Shown: positions 1 through 14,199 of the stretch, piece after piece | Layout of the letters: the number at the start of each line of letters is the position of its first letter | Position numbering within the stretch: the first letter of the stretch is position 1 | From: Camelus dromedarius | Lineage: Eukaryota | DNA length: 64,000 nt | NCBI RefSeq assembly: GCF_036321535.1 | Contig: NC_087436.1 | Coordinates: 45,386,001 to 45,450,000, forward strand | Direction: 5' to 3' | Notes under the pieces: model-generated | Told to the model about the DNA's origin: nothing | Databases searched by the model: none | The model's input: the letters and a program-made list of their open reading frames with translations, nothing else | Position numbers and translations under genes: made by a program

Positions 1-297
1 AAGGCGAATTTTATTGAAATGAGGGCATAATGAGCAAAAGGTTACATTCAGACACTGGAGATTCCTGCCTTTTCCCACCTTTCTCTGTAAGTCTCTGGGC
101 TGCTTTTCATCCCCAAAAGGTGTGACGACTTATCAGCCCAAAGGTTCCTGCTTTTCTTTCTCTGCCCAGGGATCCCTGTGTTTACATGATGTATGGTTTC
201 CTGTATTTGGCCTGTGCCCCTTCTTTCTGCCCAATTCCTGCCATTTGGCTGCGTCCCCATTTCTCTACTCGTATCTAGCTCTCTGCCTGCTCTAACA
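1..297 (-). mobile_element. Probable ERV LTR, truncated by the window edge
   Basis: Minus strand begins TGTTAG at 297 (LTR TG terminus) and has AATAAA near position 10-16; family not recognised. Confidence 0.45.
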
Positions 298-764
298 AGA
301 AGACAGACCTGCTAGAAACACAGTGAACTCTTATGGAGGAAGAAGAATGTGGGAATATAAAAATGTATTTTTCCTCCTCTCTGTTTATAATTCAGCTTAT
401 CCTTAAAGGCCACTCTCACAAAAGCATAAACTTTACAATATATTTGCATACTGGCACATATACTTGTCTTTTTATAACAATGGTATATGTTTATTACTGC
501 CAAGAAAAAGAAAGAAAAAGGAAAAGCAACTGGAGACAAAAGGGGAAAATAGAGAACATTTATAATTCCACTTACAGATCATTATCTTCAATTCGGTGCA
601 CCCACTCTAATGCATTTTCTTTACCTTTTCATAAAAATTTTTAATTCCAAAATACAGATATATTCATTTTCACCATGAATATGATCATATAAAACATAAT
701 TTTTTGTAAAATGCTTTCTTCCATATAATCATCATGTGAAGGCAGCAAAAAGTTGAGAGAAGCA

Positions 765-1025
765 GACAGTGCAGGGTGAAGCCACAGACTCTAGAGACAA
801 ACTGCCTGTCATTGTGTCCTGGCTCTGCTGTGTGCTAGCTGTGCGATCTGGGACAAGTACTTAACTGCTCTGGGCCTCAGCTTTGTCATCTGTAAAATGG
901 GGGTAATAATATTATTATTATATTAACATTTTATACTGTATTATATTACATAATGTTAAAGGATTAAATGGCTCATAGCTTTTGAAGTGTTTAGAACACT
1001 GTACATAATAATCCTACATAAGTAT
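765..1025 (+). mobile_element. MIR SINE
   Basis: Core motif ctgggacaagtacttaac..ctctgggcctcagctttgtcatctgtaaaatggggg. Confidence 0.85.
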
Positions 1026-1309
1026 ATATAGTTTATTTAATCAAAATATCTTGATAAGCATTTAAATTAAAACTTTTCTGCTAATACAGCCAATTTTGTA
1101 ATTGATAGTTTTTTACATGTCTTTGCACATTTGCTCAATTATTCCTTGAGATAAATTCCTAGAAATAGAATTGCTGTGTCGAAAGATGTGCACCTTTTTA
1201 ATTCTGGTGAAAAAAATTACAAGAAAAAATTGGCACATCATAAAGAATATGCAGATTTTCACTCCCTCTGAGTAGTACTGAATCTAAATGTGGTCATGTG
1301 TTTTGAAAT

Positions 1310-1488
1310 CTACTTCTCAAATGTTAATCTTCATAAGAATCCCCTGGGAGCTTATTAAAATAGTAAATTCTCAAAACTCGCCCACAGAGATTCAATAGAT
1401 CTGGGGTGAATTCTTGGAATCTGCATTTTTAAAACACAAGCTTAGGTTATTCTGATTCAGGTGGCCAACCGATTGAAAAATACTGCAG
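1310..1488. mobile_element. MER5-like hAT-Charlie DNA transposon
   Basis: ttctcaaa...agaatcccctgggagcttattaaaa...ggaatctgcatttttaa...ggttattctgat...tgaaaaatactg. Confidence 0.75.
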
Positions 1489-2549
1489 ATTCTCTTTGGC
1501 AGCTCTGCTGGCACTGACAGCCACAACCCCACTGAGGTGATAGTCAGGTTCAGCAGAGATAATTCAACAGGAGCTGTTCAGAAAATACCATATTTTACAA
1601 GCCAACTATTAATACATGTGATTTTTTCCTTTATATGGCACAAAAAGTTAACTCTTTTTAAAGCCACCCCTCCAAATTTCAACAGCTAAAGCAGATTTTA
1701 CTATTTTGCCAATTTGCATATTTCCATTAATGACAAATGACTGTGTTATCTCCAAACCTTCTCATACATAAATTTTCCAGTGAAGAGCTCATCATTCCAA
1801 ATGGAATAGCTTTTATTCCACCAACATGTCTAACTTCTCTATAGTATGCCAAAGTACAAAACAAAGCAAAACAAAACCAGTTTTCCACGTGTGACACAGT
1901 CTGAAGTTAGCGGTTTGGGATGCACTCAGTTTTTGCACATGTAAGCCTTTTTGGTGGGGGTGTGTACTGCGATTTATATTTTCTTAAGCTACCAGCCTAA
2001 TTAGTTTGTTAGCTCCCCCTTCTCATAAAGGTTGGATACAAAAGGTTGGGAAGGAGTCACTGAGTGCCAGCATCAGAGGCAGCTACTGAGAAAAACAAGG
2101 TTCCTTGGGGGTTGTTAAAACTAGCTGAACAGAAAGAAAAATTGGTTGGGGGTGGGGGGAAGTCACTCATTTAAATTAATAAAATAATCTCACACCTTTT
2201 AACATCAACACACTTATAAATTAGTCTAATAGAGGCTACCTTTATTTTAAAATGCCACAGATAAATTCTAGAAACAGAGAGATTGTTTTTAACAGTTTGC
2301 TTCTAAGCTAATCATCCTGCCAAATGAGTAAATATTTAAAGAATAAACACCGTTTTAATACATTTCAAAGCTTTGGTCCACTTGATTACTAGGGCTTTGT
2401 GATCTGATCTCAACCACTTTCTCAGAATGGGCTCCCTTCCCTCTGCCTCCATAACGACGGGTTTCTCTTCCCTTACCCTCTGGTCCCAACCATACCAAGT
2501 CTTTCCTTCTCACTCCTGAACTCCTGGGGTTTCTCTGTACTTCCTCGTC

Positions 2550-3190
2550 AGCCACCTTTCCCTGGATTCCTAACAAGCTGGCTCCAAACCACTCCACTCC
2601 ACTGAGGAATCAGCACTGTCAAAGGCCACACAAAATTTCTCAAGGATGAAATTCAATAGACTTTTACTTGTGTCATGCTTTAGATTTTCTGCTGTAACTG
2701 ACATTTTGTTTCCAAGTTTTCCTCCTCACTTGATGCCAAGAGTTAGAAACTGGTGCCTGCTCAGTACCTAATTAGGCTCAAAGGGTTTTTTTCTTTCTTT
2801 ATTTTAGCAAAAGTTGTATTTATTCATTTCAGGCACTCAAAAATTCACTTGGTCCTCACCTGCAGCTTCACACATCACTGCCTGACCACAAAACATGCAC
2901 ATTTATATCCGTGGCACTACACTGTCGTGACTCCCCTCTGATCTCTCTTTCTGTAATTCTACTCTTCTTCCCAAATATAGTCTGTTAGCTGTCTAGTTCT
3001 TTTTGTGTCTACATATTTATCATCAGCATTATCATCCACTCTAATGATGTCAAGTATCTAACTAGTGGTCCTAACTTTGACATTTTTTGCCTTAACTTTG
3101 CTACTGAACTCCAGTTGTAGATTGCCAGCTGATTTCTAGACATTTCTAATCACATGCTCCACTATCATCCTCAAACTCGACATGTTTAAA
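2550..3190 (+). mobile_element. L2 LINE fragment (RT region), degenerate
   Basis: ccactccactgaggaatcagcactgtcaaaggccac resembles the L2 HSTETAL..KVT segment; pyrimidine-rich continuation. Confidence 0.6.
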
Positions 3191-3195
3191 AGCAA

Positions 3196-3625
3196 GGACC
3201 TGGAGACTGTCATTCTAAGTGAAGTAAGAAAGAGAAAGAGAAAGAAAAATACCATATGATATCACTCATATGTGGAATCTAAAAAAATGACACAAATGAA
3301 CTTATTTACAAAACAGAAACAGACTCACAGACATAGGAAACAAACCTGTAGTTACCGGGGTAGGAGGGTGGGGGAACGGGAGGATGGAAGGATAAATTGG
3401 GAGTTCAGGATTTGCAGATACTAACTACTATGTATAAGATAGATAAACAGCAAGGTCCTACTGCATAGCACAGGGAACTATGTTCAATACCTTGTAATAG
3501 CCTATAATGAAAAAGAATAGGAAAAAGATACATATATGTGTAACTGAATCACTGTGCTGTACACCAGAAATTAACACAGCATTATAAACTGACTACACTT
3601 CAATTAAAAAATAATTTTTAAAAAA
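3196..3625 (+). mobile_element. 5'-truncated L1 3' end (artiodactyl/camelid type)
   Basis: ctaagtgaagtaag...tatgtggaatctaaaaaaatgacacaaatgaacttatttacaaaacagaaacagactcacagac...gctgtacaccagaaattaacacagc, A-rich tail; short aagcaa flanks. Confidence 0.9.
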
Positions 3626-4629
3626 GTAAGCAATTTTCTTTTACAAAGACTATTTTTCCTTCTGACTTTTATACTTTGATTAGAGGTATTATTATTCTTG
3701 CAGTTGTTCAAATTGAAACTCTCTCTTTTGAATCTTCTTTGCTTACTCAGTTACTAAATTTTATGAATAACGAAACCAAGGGTTAAGGCATTACTGTGAG
3801 GCTATCCAGCTGGTTAGCGACAATAAAACCTAGGTTTCTTGATATGTTAAACTTCGTATTCTTTTCACTGAATCAGGCTGCCTTCATACTGAGAGAATTT
3901 ACTACATTCATGCAAAGATTTCTAACCAAAGAAAACTTAGTAAGCAGTATTTTCCTGAATATCAGCATGATTTTAGGATACTGAAAGAGTTCATGCAACT
4001 AACATGGCCAAGGAACTGTTGAAAGTGTCTTGCTTGTCATTCCCAGCAGAGAGACCACGTCCCTGCTGAGATCATTAGTTCAGGAAATAAGCTGTGAACG
4101 GATCCTGTGTGTGAGAAGAGCAGCTGTGGACACTTGTGTAGCTCCTTTTCCTCTAGTAGATTCTGTATTCAGCTCATACACACCTGTCAGCCCAGGCGAC
4201 TCCTTGTTCTTGAGCAGTGGTGCCAGCTGCCACATCCCACACAGCTCGTTTTTCTTCTCATCTCTTCTTCACTGTCAACGGCTCATCTGGTTTCTTCCCT
4301 GTGGGTTCCCGTCCCCACCTCACAACCACTAACCTACTGATGGAGAGGCTCTGCCCAAAGCACTTCTAATCTTCCAGTCTATTAACGGATCTGGAATTTT
4401 CCCACAGTCCATAGACATACATAAAAGAGTGTATGTATTTTTAAGAGACTGTGAAAGTCAGCACAGTATAGAGGATGGTGGGCTGACATAATGAATTCTC
4501 ACACCTGAGTTATTCCATCTGATAGTCACTTATCCACTCTGGGTCTCTGGTCTCTTATTTATAAAAAGAGGGTTAACTGGATCCCTACAGTTCCTTCTAT
4601 CTGAGGAAATCTCTAATATTATTTATAGT

Positions 4630-4850
4630 AATAATAATAATACCTACAATTATTGAGCATTTCACCCTTTCCAAGCACATCCAAAAGGATGCGCTAAGTG
4701 CACCTTTTTCTTTATCTCACTTAATCTTCACAAGAACCTCACATGATAGGTACTAATATTGACATTATCCCACTTTCTAATTCAGGAAAATGAAGCCTAA
4801 AGGGATTAAAAAACTTGCCTAATGTCACTCACTAGTAAGTGGTTTCCACT
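4630..4850 (-). mobile_element. MIR SINE
   Basis: tattgagcattt...cttaatcttcacaagaacc...attatcccacttt...ggaaaatgaagcctaaagggattaa. Confidence 0.75.
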
Positions 4851-4859
4851 GATATTGAG

Positions 4860-5240
4860 GCTATCCACAATTATTCCAGCTTATGTCTCTTTCTAGGCAC
4901 TAGTCAGATTTTGTTTCCCCACACGCTCCCCTCCCTTGAAGTTAGGCACAGCCACATAAATTGCTATGGTGGGTGAAACATGAACTTAAGTAATACGTAT
5001 GTCATTCTGAACAGAGGTTTGAGGAGTCGGTGTGAAATTTGCCGCAGTTCTTTTTCTTCCTGTCATCAGTGTTTCAGATGTTGATGTCAGCTCTGTCAAC
5101 TTGGTTCTGGAGTGGGGACAAAACAGACCAGAGACCTCAGCCAATCAACACTGGGCAGGTAGTGTGAGCAAGAAATAAATCTTTGTCTATCTTGAGGTTG
5201 TTTATCACTGCAGCCTACCTAGCCCATTCTGACTGATACA
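4860..5240 (+). mobile_element. MLT1-type MaLR LTR (MLT1I-like)
   Basis: gaagttaggcacagccaca...gtgagcaagaaataaatctttgt...ctagcccattctgactgataca terminus. Confidence 0.75.
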
Positions 5241-5303
5241 GCGCTGAAATCATGACTTGTGACAGTAGATCTCATTGATTCTAAAACCCACAAGCTTAGC
5301 TAC

Positions 5304-5700
5304 TGTTGTGGACTGAATTGTGTTACCCTAAAAATTCATATGTTGAATCTCTAACCCCCAGTACCTCAGCATGCGACTATATTCGAGGATAGGGCTTTTA
5401 AATTTTGATTAAATTAAAATGAAGCCATTAGAGTGGGCCCTAATCCCATCTAACAGGTGTCCTTATGGGAGGAGGAAATTTGGACATACAAAGAGCTACC
5501 GGTGATGCTGGCACACAGAGGAAAGCCCGTGTGAGGACATGTGAGAAGGCACCATCTGCAAGCCAAGGAGAGAGGCCTCCACTGGAGGAGAATCCATTCC
5601 TGACAACACCTTGATCTTGAACTTCTATCCTCCAGAACTGTTTCTGTTGTTTAAACCACCCAACCTGTGGTATTTTATTATGGCAGCCCTAGCGAACAGC
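5304..5700 (+). mobile_element. MLT1B-like MaLR LTR
   Basis: tgttgtggactgaattgtgt...ttcatatgttgaa...ctgcaagccaaggagagaggcctc...gcagccctagc. Confidence 0.85.
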
Positions 5701-6389
5701 CACTATGTTCCATTTCCTCCTAGAAAGACAATGCTTACTAATTACCAAGTCACCGAGACCCTAAAGAATAAAATATCGTTTATAAAATGTCATAAATACA
5801 CATTTCAAATTTAATTCACACTGCAGTCTATAGATTCTTCCATACAGTTTTCTTTAAAATAAAACATTATTCACCTGGAAGCAATACAAAGCACTGTTAA
5901 CTGTATCTAGTATTAGACATTTACCAGGTCTGCATATGAGCCCTGAACTTTTTAAATGTATTTTTCCTAATGTCAAAGGACTCCTTGGAGATCACACATT
6001 GCTGAAATTTTACCAAATGCAATTAGCATCCATGTAAACTAAAATTCAGTAAGTAATAAAAGAATTTTTTACCATGATGATTACCATAGCTCTGAATATC
6101 TTAATCCCCTGCTCCTCAATATTTGGAATATATTTCTTAAGATAAACTAACAATTTTAAAGCAATCTATAATATTTTAACATCAACAATAACTAAAGAAA
6201 ATTATAAGAGATAAAATAGTTTCAGCATTTAGTTCTATTTCTTTAAATGTGTAATAATTCTTCAAATCCATTAGCCCCCTACATGATTAGAACTAGACAT
6301 TCTCTGGACTCCACTATCTGAAAGGTGTTGCTTTTTGTCCTGAAAAAAAGCTCTGATAGATAAGCACTAGAAGAAATGAAAATGATAAT

Positions 6390-7415
6390 GACTATTTTAA
6401 GATGGCCCCTTGGAACTCTGCCTCTAGTGTTACTCCAGTGATTACATAACATTACGTGGCGAAAAAAGGATTCTGCCAATGTAATTAAGTTTATTAATTG
6501 TTATGGGTTGAACTGTGTCCCCTTGAAAAATGTTGAAATCCTAACCCCCAATATTTGTGAATGTAACCTTATTTGGAAATAGGGTCTTTGAAGATGATCC
6601 AGTCAAGATGAGGTTGTTTCAGTGGGCTCCATCCAATATCACTTGTGTCCATATAAAGGGGAAAATTTTGGACAAAGACAGAGAGGCAGTGAGGCAAGAT
6701 GATGTGAACACACAGAGAAAACTGTCAACAAGCCGAGGAATGCCTGAGACTATCAGCAGCTAGGGAAGAGGCCTGGGACAGGTTCTCCCTCACAGCCCTC
6801 GGAACAATCTACACCTTCCACGACCTTGATTTGGGACTTCTGGCTTTCAGAACTGTGAAATGGTACATTTCTGTTGTTTAAACCACCCAGTTTCTGGTAC
6901 TTTGGTATACTAGCCCTAGCAAATTAATGCACTAATCTGTAACTTTGAATTAAACAAAAGGGAGATGATTGGGATGGGCATAATCTAATCACATAAGCCC
7001 TTTAAAAGCAGAGTTTTCTTCATCAAAAGAGAAAGTCAGAGAGATTCCAAGCCTGGGAAGGATGTGATGTGCCATTGCAGGCTCTGAGACAGGGGAACCA
7101 CATGGAAGTAACGGAGGAAGGCCTCTAGTAGCTGAGAGCTGTCAGGCTGATGGAAGGCAAAAAAGGGCATTCGGTCCAGCAAGAAGTCAAATTCCACCAA
7201 CAACCTGATTGAACCTGGAAGCAGATTCTCTCCTAGAGCCTCCAGATATAAAAGCTGAGCCCAAACAACACTTTGGTTTTGGCCTTTGATTCCCTGAGCA
7301 AGAGAACCCAGCTGAGCCTGTCTAGACTTCTAACTTACAGGACTATGAAGTAATAAATGGCTGTTGTCTTAAGCTGCTGTTTTGGGGTAATCATGCAGCC
7401 GTAGAAAGCGAATAC
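6390..7415 (+). mobile_element. MLT1E-like MaLR LTR, split by the inner LTR at 6499-6931
   Basis: aagatggcccc start; resumes after the insert with ggagatgattgggatggg..ctaatcaca and ends gtagaaagcgaataca. Confidence 0.75.
6499..6931 (+). mobile_element. MLT1C-like MaLR LTR nested in another MLT1
   Basis: TG...CA termini (tgttatgggttgaa...gcaaattaatgca), flanked by 5-bp ttaat/ctaat. Confidence 0.85.
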
Positions 7416-9349
7416 ACTATAGCTACCAAATGTTGAGTGCTTTCTTTACCAGTCACTGTATTCCAAGTGTTTTACACTTAAAAAAAAAAAAAAAATCACA
7501 GTACTGCTATGGAACTGTTGTCCCAAGGCAATACAGATTAATTTACAATGTGAAATTATGTGACATCTGAAGCACAGAGCCATGTAACACATAGACAATA
7601 AACAGAACACCCTATTCAAGAAAAAGCAGAACCAATGCAACAGACAGTATGGGAATTTTAAATAAGTATAATTGAATAAGCATAATTTAATTTTATAAAT
7701 CTAATTTAATTTGAAATAAATATAAAGATAAGTTGGAATGTTGAAAACATAAAGCAGGATCAGGCAATTGTAACAGGAATACTCAATATGAAAAATGTAA
7801 ATAATTGTTGAAATAAAAACATAGTAATGACAAAACACATTACGCCTGCTGGCAAAATAGAAGCCTTAGGTACAGCTGTGCATTCCCTTGTAAGAGTGAA
7901 TTGCCAAATGCATGGACAGAACTTTGCAGAAGCTTTTGACAGGCTAGAAAAGAGATGAGAAAAAATATCTTTAGTATAATCTGAATTTTCTTACAAAATA
8001 AGAAAATTCTCTTAAGAACAGGAATTCTTAACATAGGAATTAGGAAGCATTATATCTGATTTATTCCCCTCCCCTTCAGCAACCAGATACTCCACTGTTA
8101 CTACTGAAGCTAACTAAGCCTATGAGTGATGTGGGAAAAATTCCCAGCAAAACTTTCACCTTATCCTTGTTCACAAACACGGCTGATTTGTACCTCAATT
8201 ACTATGTAAATTTGTGATTGCCACACCTCAGAAGAGATATAATGGAGCCAGTAAAGTCAGAGAAGAGCAAGTAAAATAATCAATCAGGTGGAAGGACTGA
8301 CTTGAGAGCAGTGGGGCTGTTCATCCTCAAGTGTCAAGCCTTGGCCAGTTTCAGGACTCTGCCCTCCTCTTCTCCGCACAGCTTCTGTCCTAGGACTAGT
8401 CCTGAGGGTCAAAAGCTGAGAATCCAGCATCCCTACAACTTCTCCTCATCTGATTTTCCCCCAGCTGAAGGAGAGCCCAGCCAAGCTCCACGGCAATGTG
8501 CTTAGTGATCTGTCCAGGGCCACCGTGACCTGGGAGCCAGAGGATAGAGGGCAGACGTATGATCAAGGTCAGAGCTGGGAGCATGTTATAGAGCAAGTCA
8601 GCTCAAGTGAAGGGGGCCAAGGTATCAATAAATTAGGAAAGCTGAAATTAAAGCAACTGGTGACTCAGTAGGAGGTAGTCTGGAGGATTACCACCAATAA
8701 ATTTAGAGGATGAATGAGCAACTTAGAGTTTTGCCCCTGAACCCACAGCTAAGAGGATCCAACCTTACTACCTTTGATAAATGTTTCTGATATTGACTCT
8801 CAACCTGCCTAGAAAGGAAGAGTATCTTCTGTTCTTAGATTTCCCATCACGATGCTCCACCAATTTCATTTGGAAGCTAAGACCGTTTACCATACATCTG
8901 GGACACGATGTGTTCTTTGCCTGTTCCCACCTAGGTGGGTGGGCTCTATCTTGCTTGGCTGTCATTGGGCCACCTCATCCTGTTGTAGTTGACTGGCATG
9001 TGCTAAAGACCAGAAACGTGACAGGTTCATGCAAGGACAGGATATGACATTATCACTCTCTATAAATCACAAAGGCTGTGAAGTAAAGGCATTATCTGCT
9101 ACATTCAGAATAGACACTCTTGGAATTTCGAAAGTGGTCATTTAGATCAAATAAAGTACTACTTTATTGCATAAAGTAATTATGTAAAAATGACTGGTAG
9201 AAATGTTATGAGTCAATTGTCATGGTTCAGTATAAATAGAAATTTATGATATCTGAGAAAAGCTATGTGTGAAATCTGCATGATAAATTACTAGGTAAAA
9301 TTAAGGATTAGTCTTAGTATTATGAGGTTAATGTCCTGAAGGACAACTG

Positions 9350-9790
9350 TATGTGGACTTCTGTTGACTTTTTTGGGGAGGGGCCATCTTAGCACCAATT
9401 TCCCCTTCCTAAGAACACCCTTTCTTCCTTTGGGGTAATTACTCTACCAGGTATAAGCAGTCTTGGTACTGCTATATTCAAGGTCTCAGCTTTCTCCTAG
9501 TTAAGAAGCACACAATTTCAGCTAGGCCAATAGAAATCTGTCTCCTGGGACTTTGATTGTAAGCAGAGTGAATTAAGATGATGTCAACAACAACTTTTGG
9601 AGCTTTTCATTCTAAAGTAGAGCCCAGACTATGTCCTGCTGCCTAGATATCTGGGGACTACCTGAGGTGCTGTCTTAGTTTTTTGTCTTGTCCCACCTAG
9701 CTCTGTAACTTCCCATCCTCTCTGTGAGTTACCCACTGCAAAAATCTTGGTGGTTCTTGTTAATCGCAACACCAGAGTAACAGTTGATAT
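9350..9790 (+). mobile_element. LTR16-like ERVL LTR
   Basis: ttccccttcct..ccctttcttcctttggg...gctaggccaatagaa..tctcctgggacttt...ttcttgttaatcgcaac. Confidence 0.5.
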
Positions 9791-9829
9791 GCCCTCTGCA
9801 AATTACCATAATCACCCTGTCAGGGCATG

Positions 9830-10030
9830 GCTACAGGAATCATTGGGTTTGGAATCAAGCAAACGTGAGGGTTGACATCTGCTCTTCCACTGACTTGTTT
9901 TGTGATTCTGAAAAACTTGCTTAGTCTCACAAAGCCTTAGCATCCTTACCTGTAGGATGAGGAATAACACCTTCATTCTAGATTGTTGTTGGACTTGGGG
10001 TGAGCATTTCCGTGAAAGTTCCTGGCATAC
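9830..10030 (+). mobile_element. MIR SINE
   Basis: tttggaatcaagcaaac...cttacctgtaggatgaggaataa...cctggcatacata. Confidence 0.7.
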
Positions 10031-11965
10031 ATAAAAAGAAAGCTTGTGGATTTCCATGTCAAAGCGGTCCATTAGTAATGAAAGGTTGGACATTAGTGAT
10101 TTGGCAATGATGATAAGATAGAGTATTGGGCAATCATTTAATATCACAGATGATGTAAAGAAAGTTATACTCAGTAGTCAAAATACGTGTTCCCTTTATT
10201 ACTGTGCTAGAGAGTTCAGAAATAACTGTTCATGGGTATATTAAATCTGGCAATATTTCTTCTTTGTTGGCAATAAAGATGGCATAGAATTTCCCATTTG
10301 AATATTTACAAGGTAAATTGCTCTGGAGTTTTATCATGTTTGCATACATATTACTTCCATTCTTGGCAGATTTAAACTGCATCTCAGTTTACAATGAAAT
10401 AAAAATTATTTGCTGCTTTACACAAATGTTATGTTCAGCCTGAAGTAAAGAATAGTCAGCACCAGTTTACTGAAGAAAGAAATTTCATTCTGGGAAATAA
10501 CAGCAGAGAGAACTGACTTTTTCCAGAAACAACTAGAACATGACTGAAGGGCTCTCCTTTCTCTGCACTCTAGGGCTTTGTGTTTGTTTATACGCTGGGG
10601 AGGCTTCAAATCATACATGTTTTCTTGGCAGAAACCAAAAAAGCAAGAAAGCAACTTGATGTACTCTGCTGTAACTGAAGATTTTAAAATCTTGCATTGG
10701 TATAACAGTGAATTTTTAAAATAAAATTATAATAAAGAAAAAACTATCCTATAATGTACCCCACTCCGTGCTAGACCATTTGGAGCAGTGAGTCTAAGAA
10801 GGCCAGTTGTCACAGCTCCACTTCTGCTCCCACCCCATCAAGGGGGAGGAAGGAGCACTGGACAACATTAGTCTTCTCTTTCTGTGACCAGCCTAGATTT
10901 AGTGAGCACACTTATTTATGAAAATGTGTGAGAACTAAACTGTCCATGAGTCCTTGACAGCAGGAAAAAAATGGTGGAACAACCAGTACTTTAAGGCACC
11001 ATTTTTCAAAGAGTTGTGGAATCATTCTTCAATGAAATCATATTGAGATTGTAAAAAAGTGTGTATCTGGATTTACCCTTGATTCAAGGAATCAGAATCT
11101 CTGTGAGTGAGACCTTGGAAGATTCTTCAGCCGAACTGATGTTTAAGAAACACTGACCTGAAGGCATCAGAAATCTAATTCTTGCCCAATCCAATATATC
11201 TTCTAGTCAAGAAGAGAAAAAAATTATGGATTCAGTATTATGAGAGATAAAACAAGAGACAGAGAATTCTGACAGACAGGAAATGCGAGAGAGTTTCTTA
11301 TTAATGGCACAAAACATTATGTTTTTCCCCAATACCGCATCTCTCTAACCGAAGCAGTCATTAACTGGCCACTGGAATCCAGCACAGAACATTTTTCTCC
11401 CTACAAACATTATTGGTGAGCACAGTGATTTTTTGAAAGTTGAGTTATTAACCAACAGTTTAAAACTGGGAAATATAACATAAAAATCAAGACAATCTAA
11501 TCCCTTCTCAAAAATCAGATGGGCAACAATCGGCTGTCACCAAGTAACAGCCACTCCTCTTTAGACAAGCATTTGGATTTCTCTTTATACCACCTCCAAC
11601 CTTTTCTTTTTCCCAACCAACCAAAGTGCCTTAACATTTATCATTGGGCTTGTGCTGCTGTTTTTGTTGTTCATTTAAGAAGAAAGTTAAATGTTCTCAC
11701 TCTGGAGGTTGTCAGTTATTACCTGCCTGGCCCTGATACCCAGAGACATTTGAGTTTGAAAACTTTCAGCAGTGATGATGGAAGCTCTCATCCTAGTAGT
11801 CCTGACTCCACTGTTTGCAAAATCTAAGCATATGAGGGTTCTTTATCAGAAATATAGGCTTTCTATTTTACAATAACTTTGCAAACAAGCAGCATTCTTT
11901 TTCAAATATCTTGGAAGACAATTCAGAAGAGACATTTAAATTCATCTTCTTCAACCACTCATGTG

Positions 11966-12832
11966 ATGATGGGCACTTGGGTTATTTCCATATCTCAGCT
12001 ATTGTAAATAGTGCTGCTATGAACATTGGGGTACATGAGTCTTTTCAAATTAGTTTTTGTCTTTTCTGGACATACGCCCAGGAGTGAGATTGCTGCTGGA
12101 TCATATAGTAGCTCTATTTTTAGTTTTTTAAGGAACCTCTATTGTTTTCCATAGTGACTATACCAATTTACATTCTCACCAACAGTGTAGTTTTCTCTAC
12201 ACCCTCTCCAGCATTTATTATTTTTGATGATAGCCTTTTTTTTTTTTTTTTGACTTTTTGATGATAGCCATTCTGACTGACGTGAGGTGGTACTTCATTG
12301 TGGTTTTGATTTGCATTTCTCTGATAATTAGCAATGCTGAGCATCTTTTCATGTGCCTGTTGGCCATCTGTATGTCTTCTTTGAAGAAATGTCTATTTAG
12401 GTCTTCTGCCCATTTGTTGATTGGGTTTTGTTTTTTTTTTTTTTTTGATGTTGAGTTGTATAAGCTGTTTGTATATTTTGGATATTAATCTCTTGTCAGT
12501 TGCATTGTTTGCACATATTTTCTCCCATTCCATAGGTTGTCTTTTCATTTTATTGATGGTTTCCTTTGCTGTGTAAGAGCTTTTAAGTTTGATTAGGTCC
12601 CATTTGTTTATTTTTGCTTTTATTTCTTTTGCCTTGGGAGACTGAGCTAAGAAAATATTGCTACAATTTGGTCTGAGAATGGTTTGCCTATGTTCTCTTC
12701 TAGGAGTTTTATGGTGTCATGTCTTATATTTAGGTCTTTAAGCCATTTTGAATTTATTTTTGCGAATGGTGTGAGAGAGAGTTCTAATTTCATTGATTTA
12801 CGTGTGGCTGTTCAGCTTTCCCAACACTACTT
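11966..12832 (-). mobile_element. L1 fragment (ORF2 3' region)
   Basis: Antisense L1 text: gctattgtaaatagtgctgctatgaacattgggg; gtggttttgatttgcatttctctgataattagc; tttgattaggtcccatttg. Confidence 0.92.
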
Positions 12833-14199
12833 AAAAACAGACTTTTTATAATCTACCAGACAAACAGTTTACAGAGTGTAGCACTTTACAATTTATAAAA
12901 TGATACCATATTATGCCTTTCAGTTTTCACACCAACCCTAGAAAGATTATATTATTATTTTATTTTATAGACCAAGACTCTTCTGTTTGGCAGTTAACTG
13001 ACTTGTATGAGGTCAAATAGTTACTAACCAGCAAAGCAGGAGTTTAAACATAGTTCTTTTGATCTAAATGTATTTTTCTCTCTATTGCACAACAACCACC
13101 TTCCACTATAACTTCAGAAGTATATTCACATAAATTCAGAAGGAATGTAGCACCACAAATCATACTAGCCATCAGGAGAAATCTCAAGTTCCAGGCACGC
13201 AGATCTTTATTTCCCCCACATAAAATAGGGGAAATCCAAGGTTAGCTGACAAACTACTCTTCTCCCTGTTTTTAAAAGGTTTTAAAAGCAATGTTTTTTT
13301 GTTTTTCATGTTCTGGACAATTACCCAAGATATTTACTGGAGGCCATGAAAGATCACGGAAATGCTTATGCCACATTCAATTTCATTGTCGACATTGAAC
13401 AGGGAATCAAGTTCTATAGATATATTAAAGCTGAAAGAGATCCTAAAATTATTTAACCTGGTTCTCCTATTTGTAGATAAGGATGCAGAGCCTAGAGAAC
13501 TGGAGCCACTTTTAAAGCTGCCTTATAAACCCCAATCTCCTGGATGCTAAGAGTGCATATTTTGGGTTAAATTTATTTCTAAGAGTTTATCTTTTTTGTT
13601 CAAATTGTACTGCAGTCTTTTCCTTGTTTTGGAAACTCTTCCTTCTGTAATAATTGATCTGTTAGAGCTTATATCTTTTCTGGTATCCATCTTTCTAAGA
13701 TAGTTATTATTAATAAAGTAATAAGTAACTGTGAAATCACTGCTTACTGAAACCAAAAGCTAGGGCCCTGACCATAACCTGCTACAAGCAAACACGCAGT
13801 CCCCTCGGCTTGGTTTCTCGGCCTCATCTCTCCCCAGGTAACTATCACACTGAATCTCAGGTTCATCCTTTTTTTCTTGCTCTCCTTGATATTTGGGTGT
13901 GTTGCAGCTACATCTTTTCCTAAAAAGTCATTCTTTTACTTTTTTGCTCATTTCTTCCCAACCCCTAACAGTGATTTCTTCAAGTAATAATTGACTCTGC
14001 TTTTCTCTCTAGAGGACACCTCCTGACAGGCTTCATCCTGTCAGGTTTCAAACTCCATAAACTTCACCTTTCACCTCAACTCTGATGATGCCATGTATAG
14101 ATTTCTAATCTCTCCCTACCTATAATCACATCATCTTAATTGCTTACATCCTTGAACATTGTTCTTTATAGTCACAGCTTTTTAAGTTACTAAAAATAT

